From Botryllus schlosseri (taxonomy: Eukaryota), in contig CM119385.1 in assembly GCA_051294905.1 (NCBI GenBank), forward strand, positions 21,204,001 to 21,268,000: a stretch of DNA of 64,000 nucleotides. The letters run 5' to 3'. The number at the start of each line of letters is the position of its first letter. Position 1 is the first letter of the stretch. Below the pieces are notes generated by a model. That model did not search any database. It was not told the origin of the DNA and was given only the letters and a program-made list of their open reading frames with translations. Made by a program: the position numbers and the translations under genes. Below are positions 31,701 to 42,884 of the stretch, in pieces.

Positions 31701-34700
31701 GACGGCTCGAAAAATGATGTGTCCGACGTTCACGTCGTCGCGTTCCCGACGCTGCTGTATTTTCCGAAGTCAAAAAAGCCAAAAGTGAGGGTGATGATCG
31801 TAGACCTTCAATCATCATGCCTGCTTACATCATGACCTCATTTATCGCCGGTAGTTGTTTTTGCGGTCGGGAGACATACGAGCATGCGACACTTAGCATG
31901 TGTGTTCAATTTTTTATTTGATTTGCTCTAAATCTGTTGGGCATGATTATAATCAAGGCATGAGGTTCTGAATCGCAAGTCATTGTTACTTTTTTGATCA
32001 AATTTTACTTGATTAAATTGTTCGGTTGCCTTGAAAAATGGTTCACACCAATTTTGGCTCAATTCCAACCTTTGGAAGTATTGCAGTATGAAAAAAGTTT
32101 TATTTTTTCAATAAAAATAAATATAAATTTTTTTTATATTTCACTGGTTTCCTCGTGAAATTGTTACGTTGTCTGAGCAAACGATGCACAACAAATTTGG
32201 CTCAATTCCAACCAGTAGAAGCGAAGTTATCGATGTTTAAAATTTAGGATTTCAAATCATAGTATTTGCGGCGCGTAGATCTATAATAAATAAAGAAATT
32301 TGCCACCATGAATATCATTTTTTTGAAATCCAAAATTTCGCACTCCGATAACTTGCTTTCTACTGGTTGGAATCGGGCCAAATTTGTTGCGCATTGTTTT
32401 TCGGAGAATCTAACAACTTCATGGGGTACCCAATAAAATATGGAAAAAAATTTGATCATTTTTATGAATCCAAAACCTTTTTCATATATAGCAATGATAA
32501 GTTGGAATTGAACCAAAAGTGAGGTCCAGCGTTTTTTTTTAGACAACTTGACAGCAATTTTTTCAAGTTTTATCGAGTCAATGTGCAATGACTGTAGTAG
32601 AAGCCTAGTTCATACACAAAGTGTCTAAAGTTGAGTCATTTTCCGTCCCTGGTGATCTGAAATCACCTGCGGTTAGGGTAGGGGTGAGAACATATATACG
32701 GGTTCAGAGTTACTGTTTGGGTTAGTTTTGGAGTTATAAAGTCACATGCTAAAATGCCGCGTGCTCTAATGTCGGGCGACCGTACTTAGCGACGTAGAAT
32801 AATACGAGCAGTGATTATTTGCGTCGGCCGTTGTCATGTAGTTGCCACGTTGTTGCTTTAGACGCGCCATGGTGCGGGCATTGCAAACAACTCGCCCCGA
32901 TCTGGGACAAGCTTGGAGAGCACTACAAGGACAACGACGATATCGTTATCGCCAAGATGGACTCTACCGCCAACGAGGTGGAAGAAGTCAAAGTGACTGG
33001 TTTCCCGACGTTGAAATATTTCCCCGGCGGTGAAGATAATGTAAGGAGAGAGTTGTTTGCATGCACGTGTTTTTCTTGCTAGATTGTAGCGCCGGAATGT
33101 GTATACTGTAGTCAGCATTGCTACTCGTGTAGAAGTGGGGCTGTAAATTTCTTGTCATTTACACTTGGAAATAGTAAATTGAGCAGCTTCTATACAATTG
33201 AATAGTATATTCATATTGAAATGAACACGAATATTTTCGGCTGACACTCGTGACGCTCGGTGAAAATCTCGAGATTGATGCGGAACAATCAAAGGACATA
33301 ACTTCTGCAGTTGGCAAACACTTGTTGGATAATCCAGCCTGTGTGAAAAATTATTGAGACCACAGATTTTTCGTCGTCGGAAGGGGGCCGCCACACTTTT
33401 ATTTGTGTGCCTTGGAGTCGACTTTTATCAAAATACACCAGCCAAGGCTGTGCCAACAAAAAGAGTTTGTGTACCACCTAAAAATAGTACATTGAACGCT
33501 CTCTCATTCGAAATTTCATGCTTGTGACGCCATATTTTGTGATACGATTGTTGATATACAATGTGCTTTCCAATTCTCTATACTAGTTGCTGACGATTAC
33601 CCCTGACGAGTGTCAGCCGAAAATATTTGGGTTCGTTTCAATCTGAGTATGCTATTCAATCAAATAGTAAATTCTAAGACATGTCCAAACTATTTGGAGT
33701 GTTGCTACTTGAGTAACGCCTTGAATTTCTGCTTAATGACAGACAGAAATAATAAATTCCAAGACCTGTCCGAACTGCTTTGATTGTTGGTGCTTGGGCA
33801 GAAGTAGAAGTAACGTCTTAAATTTCTATTTGATTACAAATAGAAAGTGATATTCGAGACTTAGCAAGCTCAGCGACAGGTGAAAATTACCCGGAGCAGT
33901 AGAAATAATGCACTTTTTCTTGACCATGACCGCCGACTCGTGTGCTTGTGAATTCTTGAAACTTTAATTTCATTTCTAATTTTTCCCAGGTAATTGATTA
34001 CAATGGCGAGAGGACGCTGGAAGCCATGATCAAGTTTATCGATTCTGACGGCAAAGAAGTAAGTGGCGAGGAAGAAGATGAAGACGTAGATGAGGTGTGT
34101 AGTGGTAGATGTGATATTTCGACTTCAACTAGGGTTGGACACAATGATACGGGTAAAATGGAGTGTTGATTGTAATGATGCAGATTGAGAAGTGAGAGAT
34201 TATCTCTTACAGTGCTGAAATTACAAGCTAATTGCTACTAAGAGTTCATTTATCAACTACATTTATAGTTCCGATACTATTTTCCACTGAAAGTCTTATA
34301 GACTATGATTGGTCGTATCGCAAATGGCATGTATGTGAAGCTAGTGACAAACCCACAACATTGTCGCAAAGTGTAATGAAATAAGGTATGGTCAGTAATA
34401 TACAAAATAATCTTTAATTTGATGTGGAATTGGCACTATATTCTCTGTGGTTGCGTAAATGGTACATTTTCAACTTTACACATCATTCGTGAGGTCATGA
34501 TTACTGGTACTGGAATACTGTTCATTGCGGTGCAGATGATTTGGAAAGTTGTGACGTGTACCTTGGATACACCACGTTGAAACTTTTCTGAACAATTTCG
34601 TTGTTGAGCGTGGGGCTTGGTCACGTCTTCACAGAATGCCACGTGTTTTGGATGGCGTGATCTGGCCAATTGAGATTTCAAGTTTTCAGTGATTGTCGAA

Positions 34701-36963
34701 AAGTATCAAAACTATAATTCCAGCACTCGAAAATTTACTTGACGGAAACTTTGTTGTTGATACGGCTGATCGAGATTTCAAGGCTTCCACAATGGGAAAA
34801 AACATTAAAACTATAATTTCAGCACTCGAAGATATCATGTTGCCAGTGTTTGATTCGAATCACTACAATAAATACTCAGAACTCGAATCACTGTGACCAG
34901 CCTTAGACCTAACCCTGTTGTCGCCAATTGATTCTCAAAAAGGCCTCCCACTCTCGAGTGGTATAAATCCTATGCTCGGGCAGGCTTAGTCGCGGGTCCT
35001 TTTTTCCTGCGAGAAGTCGAGGTATGGTCGGTGATTTTAGACCGTTGGGGTAGTAGAATGTCGTAGTCGAACCTCCCAAATGTTCTTGCATGTTATTGAA
35101 TTTGGAAGGTTACAAAATTGTACTTTTGTACACCTACTTTGTAGTACGGAGCCTAGGTTTTTGTGTGGTAGCCGCCAAATCGTTCAGACTCTTGGCGGGT
35201 TGTGAAACTAGCGGTTGTCTTGCAATGCGCACAGTAGCGGTGACGGTATACAGCTTGAAGTGTGGAGGAAACGGAAGAAAAGAACTGATAGACATCTCAG
35301 AATGCGCACGGTAGTCGTGATAGGTATGCGGTTGGAAGTGTGGAGAATGTTTGTAGAAACGGGAAGGGAAAGTGTGTTGTAAGGTGGGGGGGAATATTGG
35401 TGCTGTAGGATGGGAGACGTATGAAATTATGGAAAGAGTACGTTTAGATTGTTCCCATGAAAGATGGCGCCGCGCCTGGCATGTGCCTGCCGGGAGGGGC
35501 CGCGTATTTTGACAACCATCACGACGACGCCGACACGTTTCACATCGCCGACATGAACCTGCCCAAAGCAGAGTTGTTGTCTGATTCTGCGGGTGTGGGG
35601 ACGGAAGAAAAAGCGTCTAATAATGCCGGTAGTTCTGCCGAGAACGTGCAAGGGAAGGCTACGGCCGGCGTGGTAATTGGTGTGAAGTGAATAGGTTGAC
35701 AGGTTTCGTTGGCGTTGCATGGTTAGCGAGTACTAGCGAGACTCTCAGGGGTGCAGATCTTCAATATACAATTGAATAATATATTTGAATCGGCTGTCAC
35801 TTGTAAGGGGTAATCATCAGCAACTAGGAGAGAATTGGAAAACAAAACTGCTTATTGAAGATTTGAATCGATTTTTACCCGATAAATGCTGGTAACGTCA
35901 TTTTGGCGGTACAGGCCTTCAAAAAGCCAGCGTATACTTGATCCGAACGAATCGAATTTCGAAAATATCCTACTCTAAATAGGTGCAGAACTAAAGTACA
36001 ATGGAATATTCAATCCTCTCCTAGTGGCTGACGGATAACCCGTGATGAGTGTTGACCGAAAAGTTTCAGGTGCATTTCGGTACGAATATACTATTCAGTT
36101 GTTTAGCAGGTACTGTTTTCCTATATGCGAAGGGGTGGTGTAAATGTGTGCAGTGGGCATGCGAGATTTGCAATGTGTATTGCTGAATATCACGTTGTTT
36201 TTAAAGGACGGTGCCGACTATGTAGCTGAAAAACCAGGCCAAGGGGTGGGAGATGAGAGTAGCAAGGATGGCGAATCGAAGAAAGCTGCGTCTGCGACAG
36301 ATAAAGCAGAGGCAGGCCCTGTGGGCAGAGATGAGCTATAGGTTGCCGTACTTATGACCGTTACGAGCTTTGATATTTGAAACAGTAGAGATCACACGAG
36401 GAAAATGCTAGTCCCTGTATAAGTGCAATTTTAGCCCATTTGAAAGTTCCAAGTATGGAAATGTGCATCTGTTGCCGTGCTCACAAGAAAATCATGCCAG
36501 TTATGCATCACCGGAATTAGTTTCAATGTATCTAAACCAAAATGATATCCGAGACCGAGAGGTCGTGATCAACCCACAACATTGTCACAAAGTGTCACGG
36601 AATGATACACAACTGGCATTATATTTTTGTCGTCGCATGTAAGGTACATATTCAACTTTCCGTATCAGTCACACTGCTATGGCGCCGTAATGAATGACAC
36701 TCGAATATATCATGTACTCGATTTTGCTCAGCCCTATTGCTGATCCATATTCCCGAGAAGTAATGGCCCTGATGTTTGCGAGATCCCTGACTTCGTGTCT
36801 GACATTGCATTGATACCTGACAACTTCGTGCATGGGAAATGACCGCGTGTAAAGTGTTTGCTTATAAACGCGATCCCTTGTTCAGGAGGAAATTGACGAG
36901 GAAGACGAAGACCAAGAGCAGGAAGAAGAGGAATCTCACGCGGACGCGAAAGACGAATTATAA
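22772..36963 (+). CDS. P4HB: Protein disulfide isomerase (P4HB/PDIA1 type), canonical isoform 510 aa ending in KDEL
   Basis: Exons 22772-22922 (signal peptide...VEF), 24834-25031 (YAPWCGHCK), 26198-26328, 26824-26961, 27609-27713, 28430-28555, 29480-29680, 30187-30307, 32862-33040 (YAPWCGHCK), 33990-34094, 36886-36963 (...ADAKDEL*). Total 1533 nt with all phases consistent; a-b-b'-a'-c architecture. Confidence 0.96.
25079..25276 (+). CDS. Alternative PDI a-domain exon (2b) with WCEHC motif
   Basis: Open frame (Y)[65 protein letters not shown](G); 198 nt, the same length and phase as exon 24834-25031; ctatag acceptor and GC-type donor G|gcaaga. Confidence 0.8.
25539..25995. mobile_element. 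MITE family D; second copy at 26345-26775 on the other side of PDI exon 3
   Basis: Inverted termini caaacttgtgcagactac / gtagtttgtacgagtctg and shared ttttcaaaa(c/t)...aactagaac subrepeats. Confidence 0.6.
28796..29443. mobile_element. Nearly fully palindromic hAT MITE (family A) in a PDI intron
   Basis: taggggtgttcaaaaatgac ... gtcatttttcaacgccccta; left half is the reverse complement of the right half; 8 bp flanks atgtacat / atgcacat. Confidence 0.9.
30581..31099. mobile_element. MITE family B copy in a PDI intron
   Basis: cagggttgtaatgactcgag ... ttggttaccaccctg; collinear with 8049-8628. Confidence 0.8.
31603..31784 (+). CDS. Alternative PDI a'-domain exon (9a) with WCEHS (CxxS) motif
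   Basis: Open frame (Y)[60 protein letters not shown]; ctccag acceptor and gtgagg donor; 182 nt with the same phase 1 to phase 0 boundaries as the canonical 179 nt exon 32862-33040. Confidence 0.85.
33181..33661 (+). mobile_element. Short Penelope derivative with inverted arms in a PDI intron
   Basis: 12 bp direct repeat aaatagtaaatt (33169-33180 and 33662-33673); decayed GIY-YIG C-terminus ([17 protein letters not shown]...[27 protein letters not shown]) plus terminal repeat. Confidence 0.9.
35448..35672 (+). CDS. Candidate alternative PDI exon (75 codons) preceding the RDEL exon
   Basis: tttag|[40 protein letters not shown]...GKATAGV|gtaatt; phase 0-0 and GC-rich coding-like composition, but the polypyrimidine tract is weak. 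Confidence 0.6.
36207..36341 (+). CDS. Alternative PDI terminal exon ending in RDEL
   Basis: gttgtttttaaag|[44 protein letters not shown]; phase 0, with an ER-retention tetrapeptide directly before the stop. Confidence 0.8.
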   Translation, partial: DGADYVAEKPGQGVGDESSKDGESKKAASATDKAEAGPVGRDEL

Positions 36964-38799
36964 ACATTGTGTGGTTCACTACTGCCCATCAGATTTGTTT
37001 CAAATGCACAATCGTGTAAAGCCCCCGGTCCTGTTCTTCCCACGCGTTCGCTATTGAAACTGTGAAGCAGCATAGAGCGCCTTAGGTGATGTTTCTTTTC
37101 TTTCTGGTTGATGAAGAAAGCAGTAAATAGTTTAGTAGAGATAATTTAAAAATCTGAACTGCAATTACTTTATTCTACGTGCCTGCTAAGTCTGTTTTAT
37201 TTGTGTAAATGTGTTGGTCTTTTTGTGTGCCAAGTTTCCTGTCTTGATGCTGAAAATATGACCCTATGAAATGGATTTTGGTCAGTTGAAGTGTGTGCCA
37301 GGGTTGTTTCGAGTGGTCGGACACTCGTAAATGCGAGACGTTCTGATAGAATCACCGTGATCCAAAGACTTGACGGCAGCGATATGCTATTTCTAGAACC
37401 TGTGGGTATGTTCAGTTGACACTTGGACCTAAAATAACGCTCAGCTGTTATGTGTATAATGGTAGAATAGATACTAGTGTTTTACAACGATATGTCAGGC
37501 ATTGAGCATTTTATGCAGGTGGTCAACAACTGGAGGGCCGTGTCCATGTACCTCGTCTGGACGAAGACGGGTCATGGATACGGTTATTGAGTGACGCACC
37601 TGTGTCCTAGGACCTTTGCCTTTTGATATCGCTATGTTGTGGCCGGCGGCGCCTATCAAGTTGAACAATTGGACAATTTGAAGTTGGTGACCCCTGATCA
37701 CATGCGATAATAGAACTCGGTAACGAAACACAGACACGGAGCAAATTTGATTTGTTAGCAAGATGAAAACCTTTTGGGATAAAGGTAGGTTGTCGAGTTT
37801 ATTCCGAGTAATCTTCTAATCATACACCCGTCTTGGCATGGAATCTGTATCGGCGGTTCGCATTTTTTTAGAGACGGGAGACGAAAAACCTTGGGCAGTA
37901 GCAGTAGAGGTCTATATTTGAAATTACTTGGATATTATGTAGAAAAGTAAAAGGGTTGATTAAATCCTTAGGGGGTACGAAAATAGGCTAGGCTATGTTG
38001 AACTTGATGAGGGGGCGATGAGTCGAGAAGGTTTGCGAACCACTGGATGTAAAAGAACAGGACGATGACTGGGGCATGTATCGGTGGGAGAGGGCGATGT
38101 CATATCGTTGTCAGGTAATCTTCCGGGGTGTTTAGTATTGATGTAGTATACAGGGGTGGTCCGCGTGATAATTTTCTAAATTTGTTATATTTTCAAAAGT
38201 GAATTGCCCACGTAAAGGATGGTGAAGTTGCAAGTTTAACCAATACTTTGATTAGCCTGATAGCGAAATTTGAGATGTTGGTGACTATAAAAGCGATAGG
38301 TCCAAAGCATTGGCGTATAGCCGACTAGCCGTGTCCCCGCGTTTTTGTAAATCATTGTAAATTAACATGTTAGGTTTAGTATTTCTCGCCCGATTGATTT
38401 AAACTGATATTTTTTTCCTCGCGCCATTTTGTGTCTAGATTTATTGCTTTTAGGAACCTCCCAAATCCTCCGGAACCACGGCATAACTCGAGTCAATTCG
38501 GATGTAACGGTCTATAGCAGGGGCCGGCAACCCTGGCACGCGTGCCATTTTGGCGCGTGAGATGATTTTTCATGGCACTCCAAATGATTTGACGCACAAA
38601 ACATATAACGATATTTTTTTGCAAAAATTGAAACTGAGTTTCTTTTATGTACAAAGCAAAATTATTTCGTAAATCAACATAAAGTACGGTAGTCTTTTGG
38701 GGGCGATTTTATTTATCTAAGAAAATTTTCCGCGCGTGGCGCGATTGACTGGAACCTGATTTCTTGCTTATAATGTTGGAACCCTCAAAAATATATATG

Positions 38800-39200
38800 A
38801 ACAGCTTCTTTGAGGTACAGAACTTCAATATACAATTGAATAGTATATTCATATTGAAATGAACCCGAATATTTTCGGCTGACACTCGTCAGGGGTAATC
38901 GTCAGCAACTAGTAGAGAATTCGAAAGAACAGCGTATATCAACAATCGTAACACAAAATATGACGTCACCAGCACGAAATGTCGAATACGAGAGCGTTCA
39001 ATGTACTATTTTTAGATGATACACGAACTCTTTTTGTTGACACAGCATTGGCTGGTGTATTTTGATAAAAGTCGACTCCAAGGCACACAAATGAAAGTGT
39101 GAGCGACCCTTTCCGAGTATGCGAAATCTGTCGTGTGACGATTACCCCTGACGAGTGTCAGCCGAAAATATTCGGGTTCATTTCAATATGAATATACTAT
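38800..39200 (-). mobile_element. Short, young Penelope derivative with inverted arms and two intact hammerhead motifs
   Basis: 15 bp direct repeat tcaaaaatatatatg (38785-38799 and 39201-39215); 38800-39134 is nearly identical to the reverse complement of the 3' end of the 17818-21042 element. Confidence 0.92.
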
Positions 39201-39589
39201 TCAAAAATATATATGTAGCCTACAGAATTTATTTTTAATATGTATAATGTACAGAAATGAGTTCACCCATATTAGCAATTATCAAAGAATGGCGACCTAA
39301 TATCGTATGAAACCGTACGGGCGCTCTAGGTGCAGCCTGCGGGAGCGCCACTATAGTATATGACCCGGCATTTCGTTGCTGCGCATTTTCACGCTAGGAG
39401 ACACGACCTAGACATAACGTTTCGAGAAACATGTGACCCGTGCGGTGTGTGCGCTGCCAAAATGATTGGCGGCGATAAATAAAAAATAACCACCGCATGT
39501 TGGATAAAACGTTCGACATTGATATATCCACTGTCCAGGCGCCGAATAGTTAATGCGCCCTGCTTGAGCCCCACGTATCAAATTTCAAC

Positions 39590-39970
39590 GACTACTTCGC
39601 ACCTCGGAGTCAAAAGCGCACAAGTACAGCACACGCGCGTCAACGAAGAACAACTATCATATGATCAGGACGGAATACAAGAAAACGCACTTGCTCTATC
39701 AAGCATGCCGGACCCCAATTGTGGAACAGCATCTCGCCGGCGATCTGATAGTCGTCGAGCATGTCCGCATTCCAGTCGAAATAGAAGCAATTTCTTCTAA
39801 ATGAATACTAGCCAACCTTCAGGATTACCATAGACCTCGCCCTCTGCCACATGCCACCTCATTTTGTCGCTTGCGTCTTATATTCTCTTCATTACTTTTC
39901 ATTCAGTGTGCATGCCTCTTCTTTAGCTTACTTCGCCTAGGCTAAGGTGGGTGTCTGATCTTAAAGGCTT
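39590..39970 (+). mobile_element. LINE (CR1/L2-like) ORF2 C-terminus and 3' UTR fragment
   Basis: Frameshifted HAGP..LWNSISPAI...FQSK*KQFLLNEY*; homologous to 44030-44450 (-), which reads SYAGPDVWNSIPPTIDELMSTFKSKYKQFLLNEY*, and to 52408-52720 (-), which ends AATAAA + (ATG)n. Confidence 0.75.
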
Positions 39971-41529
39971 TTAACATAACATAACATCGTTGGGTTCTGT
40001 TTTTCATCTGAACAAGTCACACACAATTTACAATGCGATATAAGACACAATGCGATGTCATGAACGGATAGTTGTTTCGACACCTCCCTATCTTTTCATT
40101 GTATCGCAGTCTTGTGATGTTTTGAAATGATGAAAACAATAACAAAACTGATTGATTGACTGATTGAGACCCGCCGAGGAAAATAATGAGCCCAGTGTCG
40201 AAATGCAAATTTGGAATCGTGTTCGTCTCACGAAATGAGATGTTCTTTTAGTTTCGTCTGATACGTGTCAGCGATTCCAATATATCTGAAGCAACGACCT
40301 TGACTGCTTTCACCGCGAGCTTTGGAGCTTTGCAGACAAATCTAGTGCTGGACCAACCCTAATGTGACATCAAACGACTTTGTGTGATACCGGGATGGGC
40401 ACATTTTTCATCATCAGGCCATATCAACGCAACAACATTGATGTGCATGTTGGCTGTGGTACCGAATATAGCGGACTTGGAAACGACCAAATCAACCACA
40501 GGATATCGATCATAGCGCGACTAAAAATAAATGATGCAAATATTACGTGCATTAAGTGTCTAGCAGTGGTTCCTAAATCCCAACGTGGACAATATCGCCC
40601 CCCAGTGGGTGATTTTGATAAACAAGGGGGCGAAAATACCAAAGGGGACGAAAACATAAAGACCAGTGAGATATATTTGACTATTATGGCCAAAAAATGC
40701 ACTTGAAGACTGTTTGTTCTGCATATGACGCGAATAAAGATTCAACTAAACGGCAAGTAGTCGCGAAAACCGGTTGTCCGAGCACCTACTGCAGTTAACT
40801 GTGTCACCTTGAATTGGACTTAGGATTATTATCCCGATATATATAGCTCAACAACGTACAACACTTGCCATAATATTGCTCAGCTATCGATTACGCAATG
40901 CATGCCATATCACGTCATTCTATCGTTTGTCGAGTAGCCTACTTAACGCAAGAACTGAGAAATGCTCGGAGACTCATTTGTAACCGCTACCCCTAAGAAC
41001 GTCATATTCTTGCTAAATATACTTCGTGGTTGAGTAAACATCTGTGGATTGAAGAACTCGCAAACCTCAGCACATGACGTCCATGCTATGTAGCCAGCAA
41101 AGCTAAGCCAATATATATCGGTCAGGTTTGTTACTACAGGAATGCCGCCAATAAGTCCCACTGTTACACTGCTCTGAAAAACGATCTGTTATTTTAGTCA
41201 ATTCAAAATCGATAAGAGTTAGGTGAATAAATGTCTCTTTTATGCGTCCTCATTTGCGGATCCATGAATAGGTGGGCGAAAATTTATGTCGAGCTTGTTA
41301 AGGGTGCGATACTTTATGATGCACTGGCGTAACTGATGCCGTTGCGAGCTGCAATTAAGTGGTTGGTGGGCTTGCGTGAAACGCTAAATGTGACAGAATT
41401 AAAAATGTTTGACATTTTGGCACGCAGCATGAGAAAGGTTGCCGAGCCCTGGTCTATAGAGTCAGTAGTCAATTTAGTGTGCATCCCGCGAAACCGGCAT
41501 TTCGGGGCTAGCCACCTCCGAGTCAGGAC

Positions 41530-42884
41530 CAGAAGTGGTCAAAGTAGTCAAGAAAGCTACTTAAATAGAAGTAGAAGTAGCGACGAAAAATCTACTCAAG
41601 TACCAGTAGAAGTACTTCTTTCATAAGCAACCTAAAACTACTTGAAGTAGAAGTAGAATTGACAGACTTTAAATCTACTCGAGTAAGTAAGTAGTTGTGA
41701 AAACGATGGTAATTCGTTCGTATGGACTGTCAAAAACTGCAAATGATGTATGTTTTCCAGACAAAAGAACTGAAACTATAATTAGAATTCAACTTCTAGT
41801 ACTCGTAATTGAAAGAAAAATACAAATAGCCTACTACTTCTAAAAAGCAGACAATATGTTCCATGTCTTTTGTCCAGAAAGTTTCAACGGTGGTCTGCTA
41901 AAACAAGTCTAACGTTAAAAAAGTAAAAGTCCACTTTTCCAGATTAGGACACGTCATGGGTTGCTAGGTATAATAGGTGATTTCTAAATTGGGAAACGGT
42001 AGTTTCAAACGGTATGGGGGCCAAAGCTACTGTGGTGAAATATTTGATATAGGCGACAAAGCGGTGTGAACGGAACCACGCAACCCGGTATCTGAATTAT
42101 ATCCAGCGATATTTGTCACTCCATATCTACTATGTACGCGAAGCGCAACAAAATTTTTGGATATTACATGACTTTCATGAAAATCAAATGTTGGTACTAC
42201 GTGAAAATAGCCCCGAAATTCCTAAGGCCATCTTTCTTATTGGGCGATTAAACTACTTCTACTTGACAAACTGAAAATAGCGAAAAGTAAGTAAGTAGTT
42301 CACAAAATATTACGAAGTAGAAGTAGCGAAAAAAAGATCTACTTTAGTAAGTACCAGAAGTTGAGGAGAACTACTTGAGTATACTTCGAAAAAGTAGAAG
42401 TACTTCGTTACTGACCACTAGGGCTGTTCAAAAATAACTTTTTGTTCTGGATTCCAGCCATTCAGTCATTAAATTGTCAGGTTACCCTAAAAAACGCTGC
42501 ACACCAAATTTGGTTCAATTCTAACAAGTATAGGGCTCCGCAGATCCAATTAAAAATTTTAACCAATCAAGGATAATCCGAGAAATATCAACGAAAAACT
42601 CCTATAACTCCGCTTCTACTAGTTGGAATTGAGTCAAATTTGTTTTGCATCGTCTCTGAAGACAGCTGAACAATTTCATCGGGTTGACAGAAAAATTTGA
42701 ATTTTTTTTTTAATTTTCCTGTTTAAATTAAAAAATTTAATTGGATCTGCGGAGCCCTATACTTGCTAGAATTGAACCAAATTTGGCGTGCAGTGTTTTT
42801 TAGGGTAACCTGACAATTTGATAACTGAACGACTGGAATCCACTAAAATAAGTTATTTTTGAACAGCCCTACTGACCACCTCTG
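41530..42884. mobile_element. hAT-type MITE (agtag/ctact-rich) carrying a family A insertion near its right end
   Basis: Ends cagaagtggtc / gaccacctctg; imperfect 8 bp flanks gtcaggac / atcaagac. Confidence 0.7.
42419..42871. mobile_element. hAT MITE family A, palindromic, with perfect TSD
   Basis: tagggctgttcaaaaataactt ... aagttatttttgaacagcccta; TSD ctgaccac at 42411-42418 and 42872-42879. Confidence 0.92.

Noticed and set aside
34681-34896. ORF with repeated KTII.ALE and an acceptor-like ttttcag followed by TGA, as another PDI terminal exon
   Set aside because: Explained by a local duplication of about 110 bp; splicing in phase 0 gives an immediate stop with no retention signal, and there is no other support
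37495-37761. 88 aa minus-strand ORF downstream of PDI
   Set aside because: TTG start, no recognisable domain and no partner exons found; left unexplained
39590-39800. Minus-strand frame RNCFYFDWNADMLDDYQIAGEML with an in-frame TGA (possible exon or selenocysteine)
   Set aside because: It is the antisense reading of a LINE 3' end that recurs at 44250-44450 and 52690
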